A DNA stretch of 64,000 nt from Octopus vulgaris (GCA_951406725.2 OX597815.1:141732001-141796000), one strand, 5' to 3'; shown: positions 1 to 13,400, numbered from the stretch's first letter. Numbers and translations are program-made. Notes: generated by a model from the sequence alone, not told the origin.

Positions 1-2046
1 TAACATATTTTTCAGTAGCCTCACATAATATCTGCCTGCAAAAGTACATATTCTAACGCGAGATAGGTGATGTCTTTATTGGTGAGTTATGTGTTGTTAA
101 CCATGTACTAACTGCTCATTACAATTTCGTTTTTAATTCAGTACTTCGTCACTATTAGCGCACTTAAAATCTTTGTAACGTCTAAATACCTTTGATAGGT
201 TTCTGTATTGTATTTTGGATGAAATACAAAGACTAGACGAACCAAAGCGGTTACTCGCATGCATAATATGACAGCATAACTATCACCATCTTTCGCTCAA
301 TAGTTTAGTTGCCTATCTGGTCACAAGCAAATATATACACCCTCTTCTTTCTCTCACGCTTGACCAAACGGAACATCCAGAATGTGACAGGTGGATAAAA
401 AAAACAGTTCAAACATTTGGTTCGTTCATCTTTACAGCTGAGTAGGTAGAAGGAACTTACAAAGAAATAGCTTGATCAATGACACAATGCTGCATAATTA
501 ATAAATTGAAAGGAAGAAACGATAGCACGATTCAACAGACCTTCGGCATATCTTTCTGCGAAACCTGTGTACTTGAGATTAAATACATATACAGAATGTT
601 GGGAAAGAAATTACTCAAACAGTCTATTCACTGGCAAACCATATTTGGGATATTTTACATCGTTCATAGTAAATAATATACATTTATGTATCTGGCATTT
701 GACAGTAAATTTGTGTGAAGCTACATCACAAAAGTGTAAGTTTGTGGTCGCTGACTAATTACATAAATATTTAGTTTTGCATGTATACATATATGTGTAT
801 AACTATATAGAGAGTTGGTTGATAAAATCGACTCACCTATACTGTCATCTTCATTTATCTTTTAATCCATCAAGGGGTTATTTAGTAATTAGTGGTAGAC
901 AGAAGATGAACTCTTTCTTTCGATTAGTGAAAAAAAATGATCATTAAAATGTTTACCCCAAATGAGCAATTCTTCTCCATCTAATATCCTACTGCCAATA
1001 ACATTTCCAATTATAGAGTAATTATTCAGAAAATTAGTTACACCTTTTATTGTTGATTTGATTTAGTTTATAATATAATGTATACTGAAGTAAGTTGGAA
1101 CAGGTTCAATTTGCGTATTTCTGTTATTTAGCAACTGTTCATATCATTCAGCTCTAATTCAGCTCTAACATGCATCCTAATATCTGTATCCAAAAGTACA
1201 TTAATTTTTATGTTCATATATATTTCTGACCCTACCAGCATGTAATAACATGACTTCCTAATACTTGTCTTTATCCAATGATGGTAAGCAATAGTAATAT
1301 TTTGAATCAGATCAATAACTACAAACTAGGTAGAATTTGTCAGGATTTTGCTGCGTGCTTAATGATGTATTATTGAGGCCTTCTAGAAAATGATATATTC
1401 TTATTGTTCTTGAGATAATAGATGATATTGTACAAACACAGGACATTCAAAGTAGAGATTGTTCTTTCAATCACAGAAGTCAAGCTATATAATTTGAGAT
1501 ATCTTTTCTCTCACCAATATAGTCGTTTAATGAAATGAATTCGGCAATTTGGCAAAAGTGCCGTTTCATTTATTATGCTTAACCACAAGTATGCATGTTT
1601 GAAATCAAAGGAATGAACTAGCAAACTTATCACTTCTCAAATATTTTAGTAATCAAATTGTATTCGCCCATTTTATTTTAAGGATTGGGTGGAGTTATTT
1701 CCTGTTAGGTATTTTTATACCTGAAGTGTAAAGTCATTTTATTTCAGTTCCGAATGTGAAAGAGAAAGTCAACTCATCCATTTAGAATGATCTAGTAAAA
1801 AAGCTTATTTTACGATTTTTATTGTTTTACTCGTCTGTAGACATTGTAGCATTTGGGTGATTTGTATTAAAACCAATGTCAGAGTTTGTTTAAATGCACA
1901 TTAAATTTTCTAGAGACGTCACAATGATTTCAACAAAAATGTAAGTCTTTCGAAGCGGTTCGACACATATATAAGTAGTTATTTTAATTGTCTACTAATT
2001 TAGCGACCACATGTCATGGATTAGGAAAAAAGTTATCGTTTATTTT

Positions 2047-2790
<744 letters not shown>

Positions 2791-2799
2791 ATATCTTTA

Positions 2800-3420
2800 T
2801 AAATTCCCCGATTCAAATGGTACGTAAACTACTTGCCTCAGTTGCCTGCTTCCATGAAGAAATCTCATCCCAGAAAACACTCGAGTTAGACTTACTCTGC
2901 CTGCTCATTACCCATATTATATCCATTGTACATTGCTTGAACTACATTATCCAATATACCTTCGTTTGGAAATGTATGTTCATATCATATCCTTGCTCGT
3001 GTTCTGGAAAGTCTTCATCTGCATCGATTTCACAGGTTTTAGAAGTCCTGTATACGTCATTGAAATTGCTCCTATAATCAGACCAAATCAATTAAACAAT
3101 GATGATCAACGTTTAGAAATAATCCACGCAACGGTATTTAATAAACGCTTGAAACACTCTCCACCAAGAGCTAGATTCACAGTTCGCATGTGTGCTGAGG
3201 CTAACCAAAGGATTTTATATTTAGATATATCTGAGGCACTTATGTGCACTCATGACTTTTGTTTCGGCTTTTTTTCCATGGGCGCATGTAAGTATTTCAT
3301 TTATTTCTATTTATTTCGTATTTCCTACTGACGAGGAAAAAATCTATTATGAGATTAATTCCGAAATTGATTCAATATAGAAATAACGAACTTTAGAAAA
3401 AAATTTGTCGGCTAGCTTTC
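2800..3420 (+). mobile_element. probable decayed Penelope-like element 3' end (GIY-YIG tail plus pseudo-LTR)
   Basis: VIEIAPIIRPNQLNND loosely resembles the PLE endonuclease C-terminus (E..I....P.LN), and a hammerhead motif follows ~200 bp later, as is usual in PLE pseudo-LTRs. The protein similarity is weak. Confidence 0.4.
3315..3390 (+). ncRNA. type I hammerhead ribozyme (intact core)
   Basis: Stem I ttcgtatttccta / tagaaataacgaa; CTGACGA at 3328-3334; stem II ggaa...aatct/agatt...ttcc; GAAA at 3363-3366; stem III ttga-t-tcaa; UH = TA at 3376-3377. Confidence 0.8.
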
Positions 3421-3754
3421 CTCGATTTCAGCAGAACATATTTTTGTAGTGGGTATATACTATTATGTGGAAATAGACGATTTAAAAGTCTCTTATCAGC
3501 ATATTGGCATAGAAATAATTTTCTTTTGCCCTTGTTTATAAGTTCGTTATAATTTTAACCTTTATAGGTATTTTAATATGCTGCCAATTATTTGATGAAA
3601 TTTTTATCTCTGTAAAAAAAACTTCATCCTATATTAGTAGTAGATTTATTACTATTCGCTATAGGGAATGGTAACCACGATAAGCTGTGGGGGAGAACAG
3701 TTCACACGTGTTACGAGGCTAATAATTTTTCTTTTGCCCTTGTTTCTAAGTTGC

Positions 3755-4062
<308 letters not shown>

Positions 4063-4071
4063 CAATTTTAT

Positions 4072-4177
4072 AAACCCTCCAGTCTTCCAGCTTCCCAGCC
4101 CTGGTTAAAACATCCAACCCATGCCAGCGTGGGCAATTGACGTTAAATGCTGCTGCTTCTGCTTCTGATGATGACGA

Positions 4178-4180
<3 letters not shown>
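4072..4180 (+). mobile_element. retroposon 3' tail (RTE-like or RTE-partnered SINE) ending in (GAT)n
   Basis: catccaacccatgccagcgtgggcaattgacgttaaatg...gatgatgacgatga matches my recollection of an RTE-related 3' end in octopus. Not verified. Confidence 0.5.
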
Positions 4181-4212
<32 letters not shown>

Positions 4213-5079
4213 TCACACGCTATCATAAATATATGCCTACTTCATATCGTAATAGGAAATGTGTGTGCGTGTGAGCGCATGCGTTGACGGCTGTGAATGT
4301 GTGATTTCTGTGTGTGTGTACATACTATATTTTATGTTTGGCTGCCACCATTTAATTTATCTAATTTTTATTCCAATTGATTTTATAATTGGTGTTTTGC
4401 AGTAGTTTTGAATTGACAAAAAAGTCATTTTCACCATATATCCATAAATAAAGTTTTAATGGCTTTTATAGTTTGCAAATTCTAGATAATTTAGCCACTC
4501 AAAAGCTATAGTCATATACGTGGCTGTTTCCATAAGAACAAGCCAAGCTGTTACTAAGCAACATAGCACGTAGTCATTTTTTGCTTATTGAATGTTTAAA
4601 ACACATGAATTGAGATGGTCGAGAGATGTCCTAAAAATAATAAGTAGATAGATTTTAACTTTTTGTTTGTGGGAGTGTTGTATAATCGTATGAATTCCCA
4701 TGTGTTCATTAGAAATTCGTAGAAATTTTCTGAAAATGTCAAAAACGAAAATGGTATGAGGAGTTATATGGCGTGCGTAAAGCACAATCCCGCCAATATT
4801 TGTTCTGTTTACAATTGACAACACGTGTTGTCACACACAAAATGACAGTTTCCAAATCATGTTTTCTGCTTGGGTAAAAAGATTTTAAAATTTAAACATG
4901 TTTATCTTTTCATTTCTATATTTAAGGAAGGAGGAATTATGTACATTATATACGTTATTCAATTTTGACGGATATTTGTCCTCATCTTGTTTGTTGTTAA
5001 CAACCCTAACCCCCAACTTTCATCAGATGTCTAGGGGAAAATTCGAAACTGGGTTCTCAATCCTAAGGTATTTTTCGAC

Positions 5080-5080
<1 letters not shown>

Positions 5081-5162
<82 letters not shown>

Positions 5163-5240
5163 CATTATTATTATTATTTTTATTTTTATTGTTATTATTA
5201 TTGTTGTTGTTGTTATTATAATTATAATTATTATTATTAT
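5081..5240. repeat. (TTA)n microsatellite
   Basis: Directly visible. It gives the poly-L/poly-N ORFs. Confidence 0.98.
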
Positions 5241-5374
5241 ACAACACTTCGCATGCAGTAGGACTGAGCATGAAAACTCTTATTTACGAACCTATATTCT
5301 TAGCCACACAGCCCTGCCTATTCCTTCATGTGTGCGTATGTGTGTGTGCCTGCGCGTGTGTGTAACTATATGTA

Positions 5375-5537
<163 letters not shown>

Positions 5538-7549
5538 GTGTGTGTATATTTATCTATCTATGTATGTATACATATGTGTATGTTTGTTCCTGGTTGTGAA
5601 TGTATGTGAGCATGTAAGTGCGTCAGTGCTTGCCTATACCAATGTGTGAGTATATGCAAATATTCGCATATTTAAAGCAGCAAGTGTATGAATCCAACAT
5701 TGTCGTTAGAAATCAGATTTACAGTATTGCCGTATCTGAACAAGTAAGGAGTATATTATATTTGTTGTGATTTAAAAGCTATTGGAAGGGAAATATCTTT
5801 TGTTGCAGCACGAAAATATTCAATTGTTGATATATTTGTTTGACATCGTGTCATATTTACATTTTCTGCTGCATAGAAGTACTGTTGGTTCCTATTAAGC
5901 TTCTGTGAATCTTTCGCCCATGTAAGGTTAACGCAGCGTCGTTTAGAAAACGTTGTTTCAAAAAGAGACCGAAGTTGGAGTAAATACCATAGGATACACT
6001 GAACTAGGTTTGTTAGCTTTTGTAGAAATAAGAAAGAAAAAGAAACATTTATATTGTAAGTTCTCGTATGTAATCTCTACTTATATAATGCTAAGAAATG
6101 AAATATTGCTAAGCCATGCACATACACAGATTTTCAATATGTAACTGAATGTTTGGAAGCGATAATATATTTACGCTATTTTGTTGGCCTACCTCATAAA
6201 ATGACCAGAATTAATATCCCTTCACAATCAAAGTGGAATGGAATAATATATTTGTGTAAAATACCTTTGTTCCATTCTGTTGTTACCAAGGAAATGAAAG
6301 TGGAACTAAACATGCTTTCTATCAAGATTTCTGCTGTCAGCAGTTGTTTGCAATGAAATGTCAGCGCACTTTTATTGATTTTTGGCAACAAATATTATTT
6401 TTGTTCCAGAATTAGTTTTCATTTTTTGTTTCTGATCCGAAATATCTACGTAAAGCCAATAGATTAACACTGGCAAAAGAACGGTGTCTCGAATAATTGG
6501 AGATGATTGGTGATTTTCATTGCTATATCAAGGTCGTGTAAATCGGAATAACAAAAATACTGTAGTATATAACTTACTGAATATTTACTGTGCGGAATAC
6601 AGCTCACAGGATTATATGTCATTAGACAGAGAAGCAATAATTCACATTTCACGTTACATATTACTATGGATACAACTGCCTCATAGTAGAATTCATATGT
6701 ATCTGGCTACAGGTCTCTATTCGTTGATTTACACATACATATACATAGCACACACATACATATGCACACACATACACACGCGATCGCGGACACACTGATG
6801 TATAGATATACACTATAGATTTACATTGAAACTAGTGTCAACAAATTAATCATATGCGTACTTGCATCCAGCTAGTTAACTACGACATACCTACATCCCT
6901 ATCTATCGGACTCACCTAATTTCGGAGGACAAATAGGATTAATTCTACTTAATAATTGAGTATATCCACATACGTGTTTACCTAATACAATAAATGCGAA
7001 AACTAATTTCTGTGGGTCAGAGTGTCTCACTATTCAATGACAGGCCTACTATTCCTCATGTTGGGGTGAGATTAGTAATAGGCATAGAGACGGTGAGTGG
7101 GTATTTAAGACAGAGAGAGTGTGTGAAAATGAGAGAGTGTGTGTGAAAAGAGAGAGAGAAAGAGAGAGACAAAGGAATTTAGGGAGGGTTGATAATGCTT
7201 TATTGAAAGTTGTAGATTTGATGGTGGCAGTGGGAGTAATAATAAGAGAGAGAGAAAGGGGGTGATGCACAACCATGTTTAACCGTGTCTCTTTTATAGA
7301 AATTCCTGTCGCTACATACTGAACACTATCATTTTTTGTTTTATTTTTTGCCTTCTTTAATACATACATATATGCATACACACACACGCGCACGTACATC
7401 CGCACACACACAGGTATATTTATATAAAATACATTTTAATTGAAATAAAGTATACCCGAAAGTTTATATATCAAATATAATAAACGTCAATGTCATTGTG
7501 TCACGCTTTTTAAACTTTGATAAATCATTTCTACTGTATCAGGCCTCAA

Positions 7550-7740
7550 ATTTAGGGGTAAGGAATTAAATCGATTATATCGACACCTGCACGTAACTAG
7601 TACTAATTTTATCTACCCCGAAATAATAAAATGCAAAGTCAACCTCGGCGTCATTTGAACTCAAAACCCTAACAACAGACGAAGTACCACTAAGCATTTC
7701 GTCCAGCGTCCTAACGATTCTGCAAGCTCACTGCCTTCAC
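7550..7740 (-). mobile_element. tRNA-derived SINE family B, diverged
   Basis: The reverse complement matches 61161-61330 (gaaggcagtgagcttgcagaatcgttaggacgctggacgaaatgcttagtgg...gagttcaaatgacgccgaggttgactttgc). Confidence 0.85.
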
Positions 7741-7883
7741 ATAATATAATATAATATAATATAATATAATATAATATAATATAATATAATATAATATAAT
7801 ATAATATAATATAATATAATATAATATAATATAATATAATATAATATAATATAATATAATATAATATAATATAATATAATATA
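7741..7883. repeat. perfect (ATAAT)n pentanucleotide repeat
   Basis: Directly visible, about 28 units. Confidence 0.99.
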
Positions 7884-8289
7884 GTACGATAAATGTGAAT
7901 GTCAGTGTGTCTGTTTCAGACATTTTCAACGTTATTCGTAGAGGCCGTAGCCAAACATATCATACCATTTTGGAATCAAGCTAACTCCGTGAGTGAATTA
8001 TAAACATTCCGGGCCGAATCTGGACCCACAATCCTAAAAGATTGGATTCCCAAATTTTCCTTATTGTGATTGTTTTCGACGATTTTTTTACGTGGCTTGT
8101 GACAAATTTTTTTGTACGACAACAATTTTTATAATCGAAGAATAAACCTGTGAGCAAATTAAAAATATTCCGGACCGAATCAGGACCTCCAATCCTGAAA
8201 TTTGGTATTCCTGTGTTTTCATTACTGCAATTGATTCTGGCAGTTTTTTTTACATAATTTTTTGGGGACAGATATGATCATCATTGGGA

Positions 8290-8860
8290 TATGTCGCTTT
8301 TCTTTTGTTCCAGTGCCTAAAACTCAATGTGTGGTTATTGAATCTGGCCTTGAAATTACCCTCTCAAAGGCCCACGTATTTCTTCGTCGAAACGGTGTCT
8401 TCAGTGGTCATAGATTATGGTCTCGGACATGCAAGCTCCATTTAGCGGACACAATTTTTTATTCCTGCATGAACAGCTGTTTTCTTGTTGTGGTTTTTGT
8501 GTGTTATGTGTGATTATATTTTTAAAATTGGTAGTTGAACTAAAACTAATTTTTAAATTGTGTTTATTGAAGCGTTTCCTATAAATATGGTTAACTGGAA
8601 AATGTCTATCTATCAATGTTAAGAAATATTTACCTATATTGAAGGTCACCTCGGGTGAGTAAGGTGGTGTAAACCAGATGATCTTCCTATTTCTATTTTT
8701 CCTCTCCTTTACTGTTGGGCTAGTAACAGGTGTATATTTTATTTTTTCGCTGAAACCACTATCTTTTAAAGCCTTATTATATACTGGAGCAACGCTATTA
8801 AAAATATCCTTATCGGAGGAGAGGCTAGAAATTATCTTACTAATGTGAGAAGCGGTTATC
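8290..8860 (-). mobile_element. Penelope-like element fragment (probably Hydra clade): RT C-terminal region, CxCx5C linker and start of GIY-YIG endonuclease; frameshifted
   Basis: ORF 8401-9027 contains RNRKIIWFTPPYS...NIGKYFLTLIDRHFP..H...FNKHNLKISFS...CSCRNKKLCPLNGAC..IIY. After a frameshift it reads TTEDTVSTKKYVGL*EGNFKARFNNHTLSFRH (IIY...YVG...R...H GIY-YIG signature). Confidence 0.85.
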
Positions 8861-9737
8861 TTCAGGTCATAACTAAGTATATTAATATATATGGGCAACA
8901 CACACACACACAAACATATACGCACATACACATATTGGATACATGATTTTTGTACGCTCTTGCCCACATGTGACAAAATTTTTACGTTTTTGGTCCCCCC
9001 AAGAATACAGATAGAACTTGTTTCCATATTATGTTCAAACCGTTTTTTAATTCATTATACCTTTTATTTTTTCATATATTTTTATATTTTTACACATAAT
9101 ATGTTCTTCAGTACACTTGCATCCTGCATTTTTCCTGTGCCTATATAGACGTGTATATAGATTCATTTGTACACGTGTGTGAATATGTATGAGTGGGCGG
9201 CTTTGTATGTATAAAGAGGTGTACAGGCATAAGAATACATATATATATATATATATATATAGACGTTTTTACTTATTATTTTTACAATTTTTTCAAGGTT
9301 AATTTGAGCGTATGTATAATATTTTTTGTGTATGCGTGTGTGTGTATGCGTATACAAACATGTACGGGTATGTACATATATTGGTGCGTGTGTGTGTGCG
9401 TGCATAAGGGCATGTCCGTATATGAACGTGGTTCTACGCTTTGTATACTTCCTTATGTGTTTTCTGTATTGTTACCTTTAACCATTTTTGTCTTGTGCGT
9501 GTGCATATGTATGAGTTTGTATATATATGCGTATACATTTGGTGAATGAAGATGTGTACGTTTTCATAGTGACGTATACCTACGCACGTGGATGCGCGAA
9601 CGCACATGTGAGCGTATGAGTAGCCATACTTACGTGTTTACTGTGACCTTTTAATCTTAATTTATATAAGTAGCGGAATTATAACACAGCAATTTCCCTT
9701 TGAACAACGGTATTCTTTCATAGCGTTTTTCAGATGA

Positions 9738-9804
9738 CAAGATAACCGAAGATATGGTGTTGTGGATTTCCACTTCGGCATCAGAAACTCAGAGTTTTAT
9801 CTTG
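9738..9804 (+). ncRNA. degenerate minimal hammerhead ribozyme in a probable PLE pseudo-LTR
   Basis: Perfect 8-bp stem I caagataa/ttatcttg; core CCGAAGA (one change from CUGANGA) at 9746-9752; stem II with gtgga/tccac; GAAA at 9784-9787; stem III ctc-a-gag; UH = TT. It is followed by (CA)n(TA)n. Confidence 0.7.
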
Positions 9805-9841
9805 GCTATTGAATAATAGTAACATATTAATTTACAGATAT

Positions 9842-10042
<201 letters not shown>

Positions 10043-10391
10043 GCTCAACAATGAAATATGCACGTTCTTTTATTTCAAATTCCCTTACTATATTAGCTAA
10101 TAACGTTGTTATTTACTGCAGCGTTTCCGTTTTCGCTTTGTGAAAACTTTTAGTTTTTGACCTACAGGTCTTCGACAAAGAAATTATGACTGAAATTGCT
10201 ACGTTATGTAGTTACAGATCATAGCATGATTTTTGTACAAGAAATGAAAAGGAATTTAATGCTAAAATGATTGTAATACAGATACCTATCACCTTGGATC
10301 ATTCTTTTTGAAATATAATGTCAGAGAGGATCGTTCTGCTTGCAGTTGTAAATATGTATTTACCCACGTACACATGTATGAATCTATCTCG

Positions 10392-10447
<56 letters not shown>

Positions 10448-10496
10448 TTATCTACAATCTATCTATCTAAGTGTATGTATGTGCGTGTGTACATAT

Positions 10497-10618
10497 TCGC
10501 TGTGTGGTAAGAAACTTGTTCCACGACCACATCCGTGGCATTTTCAGAGAGTTATTCTACTACAGACCAGCGCTGACCAGAGCCTTTTGGTAGATGGAAA
10601 TTGAAAAAATCTATTCGT

Positions 10619-10687
<69 letters not shown>

Positions 10688-10827
10688 AGGGACTCGATTT
10701 CAGAAATTTTAGTCGAACGAATCGAACCCACCAGCTATTATATATATATATATTGCAACTTTTAATAAAACCTGTCCTTGTATGAAACGATTGTACTAAA
10801 AACCATGTATATATATAATAATATTAT

Positions 10828-10866
<39 letters not shown>

Positions 10867-10891
10867 CCATTCTTGTTGCTTCATTCTCGCG

Positions 10892-10928
<37 letters not shown>

Positions 10929-11054
10929 TTGTATATACATAAAGTGCGTGCGCGTGCGTGTGTGTTTTGTGACGTCGTTTGTCCCCACCATTACCGCTTG
11001 AGAACTGGTGGTGATATGTTTAATTACGTGGAACGTAGCGTCTCGTGAAAAGAA

Positions 11055-11098
<44 letters not shown>

Positions 11099-11195
11099 TA
11101 GCTGCTGGGATCGATTCGTTCGACTAAAATTTCTCAAATCGATTCCCTATCATCGCCATGATCTAATGAGTGACAGAATAAAGAGATAAATTTAG
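10497..11195 (+). mobile_element. SINE family A, diverged plus-strand copy with expanded (TA)n interior
   Basis: Head ctgtgtggtaagaaacttg...tggtagatggaaattgaaaaaat; later tgtttgtccccacc...ccgcttgagaactggtg and ctgggatcgattcgttcgactaaa, collinear with the reverse complement of 43909-44336. Confidence 0.75.
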
Positions 11196-11299
11196 ATACA
11201 CGCTTACATACATACACGTAAACACACGCGCAAGCACGACCGCACACACACACACAGAGGAGTCTAGAAGCGGCCACAGCTCCAGGTAGTGCTCGAAAA

Positions 11300-11960
11300 C
11301 ATTTGGTACACAAGTGGATTGCAAATCCATGATGGCAAGAAGTGTTTGAAAAATTTTAATCAATGTATGTCATTTAACTGTCAAACACGAATCAAATCAT
11401 CCCAGGCGTCAAACCGCCATGGATCGATATATACTTCAACTGAATCGCCTTCAAAATTTTTAGGTCAAGATGCAGTTTTGCCTGAGAAGTCGACAAAGAA
11501 ACCAAGTTTTGTGACGAAATGCAAATGAGAATGTCAGTTACAAATGCTCCACAAATGAAGTGGTCAAGGCAAGCTGAATAATCTTACAAGCACTATCTAT
11601 GAGATATGTGTTGAATTATATGTTGTAAAACACTGTGGTAAGTAGAAATTAGTTGCTAACCCCTGCGAAAATAGTCGAGAAAAGAAGATTAAATAGATAA
11701 GAAAACCGGACTTACAAAAGCAATGGAAACAGGCCAGACCCGAGGAGAATGAAGGTCTGTTAGTTTTGTGTGAGAATCTAAAAACAAAAAGCGACGTAAC
11801 ATGTAAAAAAAATACCAGATGCAATGAAAATATAGCAAACGGATGAGAGAGCAGTTCCTTAAGAACCCCTATGATGATACTAGGAAGCTGTCTTGTGAGG
11901 TTAAGTGCGACAGGCTAACTTGCACTAAAGATGAATAAGCATATACAGTAGAGCTGCAGG
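11300..11960 (+). mobile_element. decayed N-terminal region of a Hero/NeSL-like non-LTR retrotransposon
   Basis: Hand translation gives QWKQARPEENEGLLVLCENLK and EQFLKNPYDDTRKL, resembling the W..A...E..GL..L and F..NP(F/Y) motifs upstream of RT in Hero-clade elements. It has many stops. Confidence 0.45.
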
Positions 11961-12001
11961 GGCAGAAATTAAAATCAACCGTTCACAAGCATAGGCCTGT
12001 A

Positions 12002-12054
<53 letters not shown>

Positions 12055-12069
12055 GAGAGAGAGAGGGAA

Positions 12070-13300
12070 AGAGACTGACCAACATGACAGAAGTAAATAG
12101 ACAGCCTTCTAATCGCTAAAATTTATTTTAATCTGAAATTATACTTTCGCATTATTTATGAATTATTATAATATGAATATCTATTATTTAGTAGACATGT
12201 CCTTTTCATTTTTCAAATCAAGGACCCTATTAGGCATGCTACTGATCAGATAGCGAATATTCTTTTGAGGAATTTCTTGCCAGGTTTCATGCAGTAATCT
12301 GAAAAGATCAGGCTTTGAGGATGCTTTCCTGCTCTTTTTATGAAGTGTGCTGTCCATTATGCCCCGCCACCAGGGTTTTTTCAATAGGGTTCCTATCTCG
12401 TGACTGCCTTGACCATGGAATATTTTTAATGTCATTCTCTTCCAACAAAACTTGCGTCATTTTGGCTGTATGGCAAGGAGCCCCATCATCATAAATAGTC
12501 TTCTTTAGCCATTTCACCACTGGAGAATATTGGAGTCCTTTCTGCAATATAGTCCTTTCTGTAATATAGACACATACCTATGTGAGATTATGTTTACCTT
12601 AAACTCCACCAGCTCTGATTGACCTTTGTTCCAAATTGCGTCCTGGACCATCACGGATTGACTGCTTTTTCATTGTTGACTGCAACCTTGTCACGTCAAA
12701 TTCAGGATCACGTATTCTCCAGAAACACACTCGAACACTGTCAGAAACTACAGCAATCCTGGGCTCATCAGGTAATATGACAGTGTCTCAAAATGCTAGT
12801 GACCTTTCCACCATATCATTTAGCCAATCATTTCTCCGTCGAAGAACTGGTTTCCTTTTGCCGTAGTAACCAAGTTTTTTGAGAGACCTGACAGCTGTCC
12901 TGGGACTGACATCAGCTTGTACTGCTATGTCAGAGGCCTTGCAAAGAGGATTATCCTCAACACTTCTCCTATGAAAGCGAAGGGTCAGTCTACCAAGTAG
13001 AAGTTATGTGGACTTCCACCCCTATCTAGTAAATTGTACAATCACTCTATTAACTGTAGAAAATAGGATCCCGAGGTTTTCTGCACTTTTAAGCTGGCTA
13101 AGTCCAGCTTCAGATTGATTCAGAATAGAGCTCTTTGAAATTTTAAGAGTTCCAAGGCTTTGCAAGATTAAACACAACATCTAGAACCTGAAACATAAAA
13201 ATGCCAGTTAAGAAAAAATATCTTTTCCAGTTAAAATAAACATAAAACGATGTTTTATGGGTTGTATATTTTCTTCTGTCATGTCTGTGTCATATTAGTC
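12070..13300 (-). mobile_element. decayed Tc1-family DD34E DNA transposon
   Basis: Joined frames give DDGAPCHTAK...PWSRQSRDRNPIE with exactly 34 residues between D and E, and C-terminal LISSMPNRV...STK. Inverted repeat acatgacagaag.aaata.aca.cc at ~12079-12105 and ~13259-13285. Confidence 0.9.
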
Positions 13301-13354
13301 TGATTTTTCCCGTATTATTTGCAATTTTTACAATTTTTTAATTTTGCCGCGTTG

Positions 13355-13400
13355 AAATATATTACTACTTTCATGCGTTGCGCATTCATCAGATTTATGT
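13355..13400 (-). ncRNA. minimal hammerhead ribozyme-like motif (slightly degenerate)
   Basis: The minus strand reads acataaat CTGATGA atgcg-caa-cgcat GAAA gtag TA atatattt: perfect 5-bp stem II, 6/8 stem I, and a stem III one change from the palindrome actagt. Confidence 0.6.

Noticed and set aside
850-1450. Possible decayed helicase or transposon coding sequence on the minus strand
   Set aside because: I could not recover any convincing motif by hand.
4915-5080. Repeat-like segment with CTGATGA on the minus strand next to (TTA)n
   Set aside because: No GAAA or stems follow in this copy, so it cannot be called a hammerhead from this sequence.
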